DNA of 63,953 nucleotides, the filler included, from Octopus bimaculoides (Eukaryota): the NCBI RefSeq assembly GCF_001194135.2. It is 7 parts of 6 records of this genome, joined end to end, with 100 filler letters (N's around TTAATTAATTAA, not from the genome) between each part and the next. Parts side by side here need not be neighbours in the genome. Positions count along the whole stretch, not along the records: positions 20,433 to 37,857 come from NC_068997.1; 6 more parts are not named here. One strand, written 5' to 3'. The translations under genes and the position numbers were made by a program. Of the stretch, positions 23,790 to 36,599 are shown piece after piece (the stretch's first letter is position 1; each line of letters starts with the position of its first letter). The notes beneath the pieces are model-generated. The model searched no databases and had not been told where the DNA came from. It worked only from the letters and a program-made list of their open reading frames with translations.

Positions 23790-24469
23790 TTTTCAGTATT
23801 CCAAAACAAATAACTGAATGATGAATGGATTCATTTATGTCAAAATATCAGATATTTTACAATAAATATTACACAAGACACTTCTAGATTATTTCTTATA
23901 CAGTTTTGCATTTTTTTTAAAAATAATAAAAATTTATATTGTTTATTCTATTTTATATCTCTAACTTTTATGATTAACACTTCTAATATTTTAATCGTAC
24001 TAAATATTGATGTAAAAGAGGAGATTAGTAACCTAACTTGATTGCTCAACCAAGTACCCCTGTAATCATTCTCAACCATCTTAAATAAGAACATATTGAA
24101 CAATATAGTCTGATATAGCAAGGTGATTATGGCTAGAATGCCTTTTGATCAAAAGTTTGTAGAGTGATGTCATGACTGTGCAAACAACAATAATAGTGGA
24201 AACTCATTGAGTTATACTTTTGTACACCAAAAATGAGTCAAAAGTTACATACAACTGTTGCTCTTTTTTTCTCATCCACATACTATACTGACAAATTGCT
24301 TACAGTTGTCGTAACACTCTGTGTTGGCTAAAAAAAAAAGCTATAGATATATTCTGTCATATAATATAGTAACAAAATGAAATGCTATTAATACAACCAT
24401 AATTTTATTTGTGCAAACTCTAGCCCCTATCATCACCACTCTTTAATCTTCCTATGTGCAGGGATATAT

Positions 24470-25129
24470 CCCAGTTTTGGAAACCTGCTACAGTGTCTGC
24501 AATTCCCTGCCTACCATTGTCCTATTCCATTCACTCCCAACACCTCAAAGGGATGGAGACAACTGTTAACAACACTGAATCCCTCTCCCTCCTTTATGGT
24601 CACAGGTGTGTCTTTTGTAAAGCCAGATCTACTGGAAGTCTACTTCCTTATATCCCTAACCAGTGAGCCGTCACCCTCAAGAATTTGGGGAAATCCATGT
24701 CATTGCATTTGACATCAGGGAATCAGTCAGCTATATCTGCCTGTGGGCTCCATTTGTCTTTTGGATCAATGTCTTCATATCAGAAGCACCATCAAAGTGT
24801 GTGCTGATGGAGCTCTTTCTGATCCACAGCATATCAATTCTGGTGTGACCAAGGTTCGGTACTGTTATAAGGTCAGTACATTGCTTAAACTGAGCTAATC
24901 AGTGAAGATATATTTCATTGGCTGCATGAATAATAACTAAAGCAAATTCACGAACATTTACTAGAAATATTTATTGTTGGATGTAAAGATATTTGATGTT
25001 GGCTATTTACAATGAACAAGGTTAGTAACTGCCAACAAGGATGGAGAGAAAAATCATGCCACAGTCATAGAAGTTTCTTATGAAACATTGTGTAAATGTT
25101 CAGTTCAATCTGTCCAAAAACCTAGAGTT
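24470..25129 (+). mobile_element. Ancient CR1/L2-like (Jockey-group) LINE RT remnant
   Basis: Frameshifted RT motifs ..ESLSLLYGH..FCKARSTG.., ..KNFGEIHVIAFDI.., ..IKVCADGALSDPQHINSGV.QGS. Its downstream part recurs at about 31115-31160 and 31410-31680. Confidence 0.6.
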
Positions 25130-28100
25130 CATCATCATCATCATCATTTAACGTCCACTTTCCATGCTAGTGTGGGGTGGATGATTTGACTGGGGACTGG
25201 CAAACCGGATGGCTACACCAGACTCCAATTTGATCTACAGCTGGATGCCCTTCCTAATGCCAAACACTCCAAGAGTGTGGTGAGTGCTTTTTGTGTGCCA
25301 CCGGCACATGGGCCAGTCCGGCAGTACTGACAATGGCCACGCTCAAATGGTGTTTTTACGTGCCACCTACACAGGAGTTAGTCCAAAGTTTTGTTTACAT
25401 GCCACCGGCACAAGTGCCAGTAAGGTGAAGCTGGAAACGATCGTGCTCAAATGGTGCTTTTTACGTGCCACTGGCACGGGAGCGAGACCACTGCTCTGGC
25501 AGTGATCCCACTCAGATGGTGCTGTTAGCGCTCCACTGGCACGGGTGCCATTCATCAAAATTGGTTCAGTTTTGATCTCGCTTGCCCCAACAGGTCTTCA
25601 CAAACTGAGTTTAGTGTCCAATGAGGGAAGTTTAGCATGTGTGCCAATCATCAAATTTGGTTCGATTTCAATTTTGATTTCACTTGCCTCAACAGGTCTT
25701 CGGAAGCAGGATTTTGTGTCCAAAGAAGGAAAGGTACGCATAGTGGGCTGGTTACACCCCTGGTGAAGGCCACAGGTTATGGTCTCACTTGGCTTGCCGA
25801 GTCTTTTCATGCACAGCATATTTCCAAAGGTCTTGGTCACTAGCCATTGCCTCAGTGAGGCCTAATGTTCGAAGGTCGTGCTTCACCACCTCATCCCCAG
25901 TACTCCTGGGTCTACCTCTTCCACAGGTTCACTTTTTCACACAGCTATCCTCATCCATTCTTGCCAAGTGACCATACCACCGCAATCGTCTGTCTTGCAC
26001 ACCACAACTGATGCTTCTTAAGTCCAACTTTTCCGTCAAGGTACTTACACTCTATCGAGTATGCACACTGACATTACACATACATCGGAGCATACTGACT
26101 TCATTCCTTGTGAGCTTACGCATCTCCTCAGCAGTCACGGCCCATGTTTCACTGCCATATAGCATGGCTGATCATACACATGCATCATACAGTCTGCTTT
26201 TTACTCTGAGTGAGAGGCCCTTTGTCACCAGCAGAGGTAAGAGTTCTCTGAACTTTGCCCAGGCTATTCTTATTCTAGCAGCTACACTTTGAGCGCACCG
26301 TCCCCCACTACTGACTTGGTCATCTAGGTAATGGAAGCTATCAACTACTTCTAGTTTTTCTCCCTGGAATGTGGCAGAAGTTGTTCTCTGCATATTTTCA
26401 GTGTTTATAGCTCCTGAGCATCTGCCACATACAAAAATTATCTTGCTAGTTAGCCTTCCTTTGATAATGCTGCACTTATGTGTCCATAGCTTACACTGAG
26501 TACATCTTATAGAGTTTCTACCTATGCCTTTTCTACAAATTGAGCAGGGCCATCTACCTGAAGGGGTTTGTGGTTTGTCTACCTTCCTACTTATTAGGAC
26601 TTTGGTTTTAGCTAGATTGACTCTAAGGCCCTTTGATTCTAATCCTTGCTTCCACACATGAAACTTCTCTAGTTCTGATAGTGACTCAGCAATTAGAGCA
26701 AGTTCATCAACATAGAGAAGCTCTCAGGAGCATTCTGTCTTGAATTCCTGTGTTATTGCCTGTAGGACTATTATAAATAGGAGGGAGCTGAGGACTGAAC
26801 CTTGGTGGACGCCTACCTCTACCCAGAATTCTTCACTGTACTCGTTGTCAACCCTCACTTTACTGACAGCATCCCTGTACATAGCTCTCACTAACCATTC
26901 TTCTATCCCTAGTTTCCTCATTGACCACCAGATAAGGGATCGGGGAACCCTGTCAAAGGCTTTCTCCATGTCAACGAAAGCCAGGTACAGAGGTTTATCT
27001 TTGGCTAGGTATTTCTCCTGCAGCTGTCTTACCAGAAATATAGCATCAGTGGTGCATTTCCCTGGCACGAATCCCAACTGCATCTCATATAAGCTGACTC
27101 TCTCCCTAATTAGTTGGGCTATGACCCTCCCCATGACCTTCATTACCTGGTCCAACAACTTGATACCTCTGTAATTATTTGTGTCTAAAGCGTCACCTTT
27201 ACCTTTGTAGCAGTTGACTATGGTGCTGCTACACCAGTCATTGGGTATGACTCCTTCATGCATCACCTGGTTAACTATACGGGTGACTAGTCTATAGCCG
27301 ACATTGCCAGATATTTTGAGCATCTCTGCATAGATTACTGATGGGCCGTGGGCTTTCCCTGTCTTCATACTCTTGATTGCTTTATCTACCAAAGTACTGT
27401 CAATTAGGATAGCTGATCCCTCTGTTGGGTCGACATTCGGCAGACTCGCTTTCTCCCATTCACTCTCTTTATTAAGCAACCTTTCATAGTGGCGTCTCCA
27501 AACCTCTTTCTTTGCAGCCTCGTTTAGTGCAAGTGAGCCATCATCCATGCGAACACATTTCTCTCCTACGACATCACAATTCTCTCTCACATACTGTCTT
27601 GCAACACAAAATACTTCAAGTCTTTGGTCCTCATGGCGCAGAACATTGGCAAAGTTTTTCTTATCTGCTTCCCCTCTGGCTAAGTAAACCTGTCTCCTAG
27701 CTTCCCTTCTGGCAGTCTGATACAATTCCCTGCTACCTCCGTTCTTCCAGTCCTTCCAAGCTTGTTTNNNNNNNNNNNNNNNNNNNNNNNNNNNNNNNNN
27801 NNNNNNNNNNNNNNNNNNNNNNNNNNNNNNNNNNNNACCATCACGTTACTTTGGGTCAAGAGGGGACTTTGCACCATCCATAGATCTGGTCAATGGCTCT
27901 CAGCAGGTTGTCCCATAGAAACCTCCAGTTGTCTTCCACATTATGTGATGCTATATCCCCTTCTATTTCATCGAAGGCTTTGAGTAACACGTCTCTAAAT
28001 CTCTGTTCATTTGCAGGAACTTTAAGCTTCCAGAGCCTTCTCGTCCAAGCTGGTCTACTTCTGGGCATCCTGATCCCGAAGTTGCTAACGACTAATCTGT

Positions 28101-28422
28101 GTTGAAGGGTACATTCTTCGCCTGGGAAGGTTTTGCCATTTATAAGCAGTCCTCTTTCCCTTTTTCTGGTGAGGAAGTAGTCAATTTGGCTAGTGTGTTT
28201 GCCAGAATGGTAAGTAACTAAGTGACAGGCAGGTTTTCTGAAGTTGGTATTGCAAACCATAAGATCATTTGCATCACAGAACTTCAACAGTCTGGTTCCC
28301 TCCTCATTGCAGGGACCAAAGCCATAGCCTCCATGTACGCCATGGAAGCCCCCTGCATGTTGTCCAACATGCCCATTGAAATCACCAGTCACAAAGAGAA
28401 GGTCCCTGTCATTCGGTGCAAA
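25130..28422 (-). mobile_element. 5'-truncated RTE-clade LINE (APE fragment, RT, PHD-like insert, 3' UTR, (GAT)n tail)
   Basis: 27856-28420 APE (GDFNGHVG, SQIDY, QHRLVV). 26724-27725 RT (NYRGIKLL, FVDMEKAFDRV, GVHQGSVLS). Degenerate YVDE at about 26710. 26172-26657 C-terminal RT. (CAT)n at 25130-25147. Confidence 0.95.
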
Positions 28423-28974
28423 TGTCCAGAACCTGAAGTTGTCTGTGGAAATGTCCAATCTGCATGGCAAGAGTAGAGACACATTTCAGTCAGCTGTTTC
28501 CAATATTTCCAGTGAGTTAAATTGCCAAAACAGTTTTTATAGGGTACTAGAGGTTTTATTCTACAACAATCAAGAAAACACCACAACCTCACACTGATTG
28601 ATCGATTTATAGACTGATCACATGAAACTATAGTTCACTTGTAGTGTCTGACCAGTTGAGTGGTTAGGATTTGAATCACCACTACAAGTAGTCTCCTCCC
28701 AGTTCTTTATGTGAATGTGAAAAGAACAGAATAATAAAACAGAGAATTTACATAAAAATACAATAGGTCAACACATGCAAAAAGAATAGGAAAGAGAAAA
28801 ACATGCATTGAATACTGAATAAATACTGAAAGAATGTTCATGTAACAATGATAAGTTTGTAAAATATGCAAAGTTCTGCAGTTTTTTGTTTGTTTGTTTC
28901 CTTTTTTTAACTCTAAAAAGGAAAACATTTGTGTAAAAAAGAAAGTGAGTCTAAGCACTGATATAAAAAATGGG

Positions 28975-30400
28975 GGCTAGAGCTTCTGCTGCAAGAATTT
29001 CCTGCTCCCTTGATATAATGTATATCCACAGTAAACTGTGAGATATAATCAAGGCATTTGCTTAAGGAGTATTTTTTCATGTTGTATTATGATTCATAGA
29101 TTAGTTGAAGATCAGCATACATGATGAAGGTTCTTCTTTCCAAGGAATGGTGTAAGTGTTTTAATGACAAAGGAAGTGCTGATGTCCCACATTTGAGTTG
29201 CTAACTTGAAAGAACATGGTTGAGTGCATACATGTGTGATAATGCCAAAATGTGGGTCTCCCACAGGGACTGAATGAACGATTTCTTGTAGTTCTTCAGC
29301 CATGACAATTTGAATGCACAGAATCAAAGCCATTGCCAATGTACGAGTCTGTCAGAGCCTGAATTTTGTCTTCAATCATCTTATGAAAAATCACCAGTTC
29401 AGAGAAAATGGAAGAGACAAAAGTAAGAGGATAAGTATCTTCTTTAAAAAAGAAATATCCATAATACTGTCTGCCAATTTGGCCGACTGGGTAGTAGAGT
29501 TCTGCTCTCTTATAGCTGTTAAAATGGTTTGCACATTTGCCAAGAAAAAGTTGTCTCAACATTGCTCTTCAAATGGGTTACTCTCTACTAATTCTCTCAT
29601 TCTTCTCAACAGTTCTGAAGGTTTCTTATCTCCTAAAACGTCTTTGTAAAGGAGTAGATGAAAATGCTACTGTTTGAATGCAGAAGTATGTTGCAAAATT
29701 TCTGTTTTCATACTTTGATATGATGTGGAGTCAGAATGGTTCATAATCAAATCTTTGATTTCACTGCTTAAGGCAGGAGGCAAAACACTAACTAAAAGGT
29801 GAAACTGGTACATATCCAAAGAAAATTTTTTTTTGCAGTGAAATTAGCTTGAAGCTGAGAAAACCAAATGGAAGGATCTCTGTTATATGGAGGTGAAGCA
29901 AAGGACAAAGCAGGCTGAACAGCTAGGCTGTCACTATTTTCAGATGGAATCAACAGAACAAGTGAAGTTGCTATTTTTTTAATGTAAATTACTTGGAATC
30001 ACTCAAATGAAAGGATATAAAAAGATTAAAAACCAGTTGTTACTGCAAACTTGGTAAAGCTATGGATAAAATTCACTCCAGAATCATTCATTTAAGGAAA
30101 GAGGTTTTCCTTGGTATTGATAGTTAGTTTTGACTGTTATTTCACAAATTCAAAAAATATGGCTAATTCATTACTAACATCACAGCTTTAAGAGTTATGG
30201 GTTGTGGTGGTAAAAGCTCTGATCTATAGAATCTGCCTTCTTTCATCTTCCACTCACTGTTGTTGGTGGCAGTGATGAGTTGATTTTCATGAGATTGACA
30301 AGTTGGTTCACTAATTGTTGCAGCTTGGTTTTGCTGACTTTTTCCTGAGTCGAGGGTCACCAATGTCACTGAATGTTTGCTCTTGCTTGAGTTGAGCTGG
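28975..30400 (-). mobile_element. Internally deleted Gypsy LTR retrotransposon, CsRn1-like (LTR end, PBS, gag, RNase H end)
   Basis: ...GACA|T|TGGTGACCCTCGAC PBS at 30362-30349. Gag motifs PSIWFSQLQANF, DVLGDKKPSELLRRMRELV, MLRQLFL and HFG....CTQPCSF. LDYISQFTVDIHYIKG at about 29060-29000. Confidence 0.8.
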
Positions 30401-31100
30401 ACATCATTATCATCATCATTTAACGTCTGTTGTCCATGCTGGCATGGGTTGGATGGTTTGACCAGGGCTGGCAAGCTGGAAGGCTGCACCAGACTCCAGT
30501 CTGGTTTGGCATGGTTTCTACAGTTGGATGCCTTTCCTAATGCCAACCACTCCAAGAGTGTAATGGGCACTTTTATGTGTCACTGGCACGGGTTCCATTT
30601 GCATGACTCTGGTATCTGTCATGACTGTTGTTTTGCTCAGCTTAATGGGTCTTCTTCTCAAGCATAGCATGACATAATGCCAAAAGCCTTGGTCATTGCC
30701 TCCATGAGGCCAAACACTTGGAAGGAGCTCAGCCACTTTTCCTCCATGAGGCCTAATGCTCGAAAGGTGCTTTTTACATGTAACTGGCACAGGTGCCAGT
30801 TATATGACACCAGCATCAGCCACGACTATGATTTCACTTGGCTTAACGGGTCCTCTCAAGCACAGCAAATAGCCAAAGGTCTCAGTCACTGGTCATTACC
30901 TCCATGAGGCCTAAAGTTTGAAGATAATGCTTCACCACCTCGTCCCATGTCTTCCTGAGTCTACCTCTATTACAGGTTCCCCCTACAGTTAGAGATCGGC
31001 ACTTCTTTACACAGCTGTCCTCGTTCATATGCATCACATGACCATACCAGTGCAGTTGTCTCTCTTGCACACCACATCTGATGCCCCTTATTCCCAACTA
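30400..31100 (-). mobile_element. RTE LINE 3' fragment
   Basis: GIRGIRCGVQERQLHWYGHVMHMNEDSCVKKC..GRLRKTWDEVVK, plus a 3' UTR and (GAT)n tail like 25130-26000. Confidence 0.9.
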
Positions 31101-31164
31101 TTCTCTCAAGAAATATAGATATATTTCATTGGCTGTATGGGTTGGTTAGATATATTTTATTGGC

Positions 31165-31410
31165 TGCATGGCTGTATGGTTTGACCAGGACTGGTAAGCT
31201 GGAAGGCTGCACCAGACTCCAGTCTGATTTGGCATGGTTTCTACGGCTGGATGCCCTTCCTAACATCAACCACTCCATGAGTGTAATGGGTGCTTTTATG
31301 TGCCACCTGCATAGGTGCCATTTGCATGACACCAGTATCTGCCACGACTGTCATTTTGCTCAGCTTAATGGGTCTTCTTCTCAAGCATGTCATGATGCAA
31401 AGGTCTCAAA
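31165..31410 (-). mobile_element. RTE 3' UTR fragment
   Basis: Matches 30445-30680. Confidence 0.8.
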
Positions 31411-31949
31411 CTCATGAACATTTAACTGAAATATTTATTGCTGGACATAAAGATATTTGGTGTTGGTTATTTACAATGAACAATATTAATAATTGCCAAA
31501 TGATATAGAGAGAAAAACTGCTTTGCATATATAGAAGTTACCTATGAGATATTGTGTAAATATTCAGTTTAGTCTGTTTGAGAACCTGGAATTATCTATG
31601 CAAATGTCCAAAGCCATCTGCATGGCAAAAGTGAAGGTGCATGTGAGTCAACTGCTTCCAACATTCTGTGATTAATTTGAGCACCTATAACATCAATGAC
31701 CTATTTGTTGTTATTACCAACATTGCCCATTCCTGTGCAGGCATAGCCACCATTCCTATCTAACCTGCCTCTCTCATTCATCATCCATATGTCTAATCTG
31801 TATTGACCTTATGAACAATGACAGAAAATATCCACCAATAGAATTCTACCAATCTTGTTTCCTTTGGCATCACAAAGACACAATTATTATACATATAAAG
31901 AAAACAATACTATATGCCACCTACCCTAAACATTACCAGCTCACCATGA

Positions 31950-32400
31950 GAACTCATCCTAAACAGAGCAAGATCTACTTCACTAGAATTGGTTTTTCTG
32001 GGATGAAACAATCAGATTGTTTTTCTTAGCCTGTCTTAATCAAAAAAGAATACATCTAATGGCATGATAGAGTTAAGGTTTTCATACATAGCATGTGAAA
32101 TACTGACAGTAAAGAGATGTGTTATTAACATATATGACAAAAGAACTCAGAGGAAGACAAACCCAATCCTGCACTGACGTTTACTAATCTACATAGACAA
32201 GGACATCAAGTTGAAATAATGGAATATTATCATTAAAATCTACCAAGAAAAGAAGTATTTCTTGATCAAAGTGTCAGTCCCAATTGATGATATATTTTAA
32301 AATGATCTAGAAATAGACAGAACCAGAATGTAGGGTATTAAAAGCAGAAACAATTACTAAAATCTAATATAATATGCGAAAACTAATTTCTGTGTGCCAG
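31950..32400 (+). mobile_element. Old R4/Dong LINE remnant
   Basis: Degenerate KEYI..HDRV...IH.. and ..KK.FLI.VSVP.DD motifs, alignable by eye to 56511-56830. A Dong-like 3' UTR remnant also lies at about 33770-33850. Confidence 0.5.
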
Positions 32401-32864
32401 TGTATCACACTTAGACCGCCTCTCTCACTATTCAATGACACTCCTACTATTCTTCATGATGGAGTGAGAGTAATAGTAGGTACAGAGATGGTGGGGGTGA
32501 TAGTGAAGACAGACAGAGGGAAAGAAAGAGAGACAAGGAAATTTAGGGAGAGTTGATGATGTTTTATTAAAAGTAGTAGTGTTGATGATGGCAATGGGAG
32601 TAATGATAAAAGAGAGAGAAAGAGGGAGATGATGTACAACTTTTTTTAACCATGTCTCTTTGACAGAAATTCCTGTCACCATCATACTGAGCTCTATCAT
32701 TTTTGTTTTATTTTTTGCTTTCTTTAATACCTATATATATACATACACACAGACACACACATATAAATAAAGTTTTCCAAAAATTAAACATATCTAATAT
32801 AATAAATGTGAATGTCAGTTTGTCACACTTTTTCAACTTTAAAAAATCCTTTCTACTGAAAGCA

Positions 32865-33062
32865 TAAGGCCTCAGATTTTGGTGTAAGGGATTAAGTTGA
32901 TTACATCAACCCCAGTATGTAACTGGTACTAATTTTATCAACTCCAAAAGGATGAAAGGCAAAGTCAACCTTGGCAGAATTCAAACTCAAAACCTAATGG
33001 CAGATGAAATACCGCTAAGCATTTTGCTTGGATGCTAATGATTCTGCCAGTTCATTGCCTTA
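32865..33062 (-). mobile_element. SINE family B
   Basis: ...AACTGGTACTAATTTTATCAACTCCAAAAGGATGAAAGGCAAAGTCAACCTTGGCAGAATT...TTCTGCCAGTTCATTGCCTT. Confidence 0.75.
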
Positions 33063-33157
33063 ATATAATATAATAAACGTGAATGTTAGTGTGTCACACT
33101 TTTTCAACTTTACTCCTAGAGGCCGTAGTCCAATATATCATACCATCTGGAAACACA

Positions 33158-33460
33158 GGCTGACTCCATGAGTAAATTAAAAACATTCCAGGCCAAATCC
33201 GGACCCACAATCCTGAAATTTTGGATTCCCAAGTTTTCATTACTGTGATTGCTTTCGGCAATTTTTTTACATGACTTTTTGCGACAAATTTTTTGTACGA
33301 TAACAATTTTTATAATTTGAAGGCTAACTCCGTGAGTAAATTAAAAACATTCCAGGCCGAATCTGGACCTGCAGTCCTGAAATTCTGGATTCCTATGTCT
33401 TCATTATTGTGATTGTTTTTGGCAATTTTTTTTACAGAATTTTTTTGTGACAAATATGAT
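33158..33460. repeat. Two-copy tandem repeat, period about 164 bp
   Basis: GGCT(G/A)ACTCC(A/G)TGAGTAAATTAAAAACATTCCAGGCC.. at 33158 and 33322. Confidence 0.8.
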
Positions 33461-33999
33461 CATCATTAGGATATGACTCTGCAGAAAGCAATTACAACAA
33501 ATTCTCCAAAACAAGTCAGAAGTCTGTCTGCAGATCTTTCCATTCAGGGTCAGTTGCCTAAAAGCTAGTAATATATAACTTAGGAATAACTAAATAAGTT
33601 GATGACAAATACACAATACAAATCCCCAAATTTGTATATACAATATACAAAAAATAGTTCTATTAGGCACCAAACACACATGTAGAAATCCATATGATTT
33701 ATACAGACACAACATATGAAATGGAGTACAAGAAAGCACTGCATACATTATGTAGGCTACTTACAAAACACAAACTGCAAACAGGACCCTGCACATACCC
33801 AAGGCATACTAAGCTATGCTTGGTTGTGCAGTGAAAGCAGACAATAAAATTAAGAATAGTGAAAAATGATTGTGGATAGATTTAGTCAATACTAATTACA
33901 GTAATAAATGATGAAGTAGTCCTCCTGATACAGGCTATCCACAAAATCCTGCAGATCCAAGATTACCCTAAATGCCACAGGAAAGTGTCCCCCCCACCA

Positions 34000-34960
34000 A
34001 CTATCATTCTCTGATCTACAGGCATGGTTCCATCAACTCTTACCTTTGAATAAATTCAATGAAGGCTACAGCTTTCTCTTTACCCTCACCTTTTTCAAGT
34101 AAAACTTGAAACGGCTAATGAGGGCTCAACCAAAGAGAAAAGTGTCTGCTTTCTCACCTTTCAACAAGCCCACCCCCACTGTCCAACAAAGGAAAATTGC
34201 CTTCCCTGCCTGGTTAAAGAAAGGTTATTGGGCATTCATCATGCTTGACTCAGCCCTAAGCCAAATCCATTCCACAAGTGGTAGCAGCTTTTTGACATAA
34301 TTTTGCAAGCCAATTGGGCTCAGACATTCAAAAAGTGCATGTAGAAAGATTTCTTGGACAGATCTCTCTGGTGGTACTTGCATGTCTAGAGTTTATCTCT
34401 CTCAGTGCAGTAGTACCCCTTGGTAGCACTACGAGACCAAAGATTTCTGGGAGTTGTCCATTGTAGGTCCTAACTCCAAACTTCTCTGGAATACCTGACA
34501 ACATTCCAGATACCAGTCCTAGTCTTTGCTTCACCCAGGACTGCTTCTCTCTCAAGGAGATTTATTGTTGAAAGACATGCTGCCCAAACAGCAACCATGT
34601 CTATTTACCATCCAGAAATCTCAGCAGATGTAGCAGCCTGAGAACATGTCCATCTCTCAGCACTCACAGCATGCCATGCAGAGGGTGCTGGCATCAAACA
34701 GACTGCCTGACCAGAAGCTATGGCAAAATAAACAAATGGTCAGGCAATAAATGATTACAACAACAATATAGGCATTCACTTTCTCAGCCCAACCATTCAA
34801 TGGTAGCTTCTTGGTTCATATTTGGAAAAGATTTGACTGCCCTGCTCATTACCTTGTCCCAGATCAGCTCATTTGGTAGCAAGGATTAAACCAAATCCCA
34901 TGCAGTTTAAGCATTCCATTAGCTCAGCACACCATGACAACATCTGACAGCAATGGACTT
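34000..34960 (-). mobile_element. Degraded Tx1/L1-clade LINE ORF2 3' part
   Basis: LKLHGIWF....KKLPLNGWAEKVNAYI, LVRQSV*CQHPLHG, HVLRLLHLLRFLDG....SLREKQSWVKQR, and a CPR...HALFEC zinc knuckle. Confidence 0.7.
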
Positions 34961-35069
34961 GCCTCTCCAGATGCCGGCTGCAAGCTAATCAACATGCCCT
35001 GGTTGATTTTAGCCCGGTTATTGTCTCCTGTTCTTCAGAATTGTGCCAGCTACTTCCATTTTTCGTATA

Positions 35070-35343
35070 TGTATTTCGTGAGTGTAAAAACAGAAACACG
35101 ACATACATAGGTGAAACGGCAAGAAGTTTGGCTGAGCGTGTAAATGAACATTGGAGGGACTATAATAATCAAAAACAAACCTCGGTGATCTACCAGCATG
35201 CCAAAGAACAACATGGTGGTGTACTGGACAGAATTAGCATAGAAATCCTGTCTAGACACCCCGGTGACGCATCGTTGCAGCAAATACAGGAGTCAGTCCT
35301 CATAACTGAAACGCAACCAATTTTGAACACCAAATACACGTAG
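35070..35343 (+). mobile_element. Penelope-like GIY-YIG endonuclease fragment
   Basis: YIGETARSLAERVNEH...SVIYQHAKEQH...IEILS....QIQESVLI...QPILN. Confidence 0.85.
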
Positions 35344-35829
35344 ATGAGGGCCTTACAATTGCCCATGGCTGCATGTGTTGTTCACACATATGATGCGGAA
35401 TATGAACGTAAATAAATAAATTTAAATTAATTTTTAAAAAAAGTCTCTATCTGATCTGATATAAACGAAATTGTTACAAACACACATATGGACGCACATA
35501 CTTACATATAAGCACGAACACATAAGTGCGTGCACACATATGAGCATGCACACATACGAGCTTGCACACACTCACATGCTCATACCGAACAGTTTCAAAA
35601 CAACGCCAGATCATATATTCAAAATAAATGGAAGTGGAGAGACAAGTTACTGAAGAGATTGCAAGAGTGCAATGAAATAATTTAACAAAAAAACTGTATA
35701 AATAAATTAATGAAGGACTGAACCAGTGCGTGTGTTTATTACCGGCATAATGCCTCTCCCAAGGTTTAATTGTACTTCCATTTTGTTGGCTTTCAACAAC
35801 ACAGCAGTGACATGTTAACACATCCCTTC

Positions 35830-36170
35830 CACAATCCATCTTGCTAATAGGAATGCTCCTCCATTGCACAATACCAAACAGAAGTGTCCAGGAGCTGACC
35901 ATTTATGCTAACCACTAAACAGATAGCTGTGACATTCCCATATTGCCTTCCTTGGCAGATATAAACTATGGAAATCCACACTTCTCCCAGACATTTTTCT
36001 GTTTCGACAGGGAAAGTATGTTGTGGCTTTCTTTCTGTGCGAGTAATGCACTCATATATTATTGTTCTTTTCTTAGTGAAAATCATTTCCTCTTCTAGGA
36101 GTGACATGATGCCAGGTTGAATAATATCTTTCTGATATTTTTATAATGGTCTCTGCTTTCACCTGCTATG
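35830..36170 (-). mobile_element. Degraded Tc1-like transposase C-terminal remnant
   Basis: ..VYICQGRQYGNVTAI.. resembles the Tc1 VY.NGRQF.NV..L motif. Otherwise heavily frameshifted. Confidence 0.35.
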
Positions 36171-36599
36171 AATGGGTGACCTTGTAATATTTACAAATCT
36201 TTTTTTCCTTTCAGTGTGTTTTATCTTTACTGCCTTTATGAAAAGCTTTACTGTTGTCTTCCTTGTTGATATTGTAGTAGTCAGCGTTGATGTCATTACT
36301 GTTGCTAATTATTATACTATTATTGTTGTTGGTGGTGGTGTTGTATTGGTTTCTTTACTGTTGCTGGTCTTTTACTGTTGTTACTGTCGTTGCTGGTTTC
36401 TTTACTGTGTAAAAGTTTAGATAGTGTTGTCATAAGTGATTTTAGTCTCTCTCTATCACCTTTCAACAGCATTATAAATGAAGAGACATTGGAACAATTT
36501 TACAACATAATAAAAATAAGATTTATTTTTTCTTGATGCTTGATTTCACAATTCCTGTTATTCAGCTTAGCAGCTGCTGATTATGTTGTAATTTGATAT

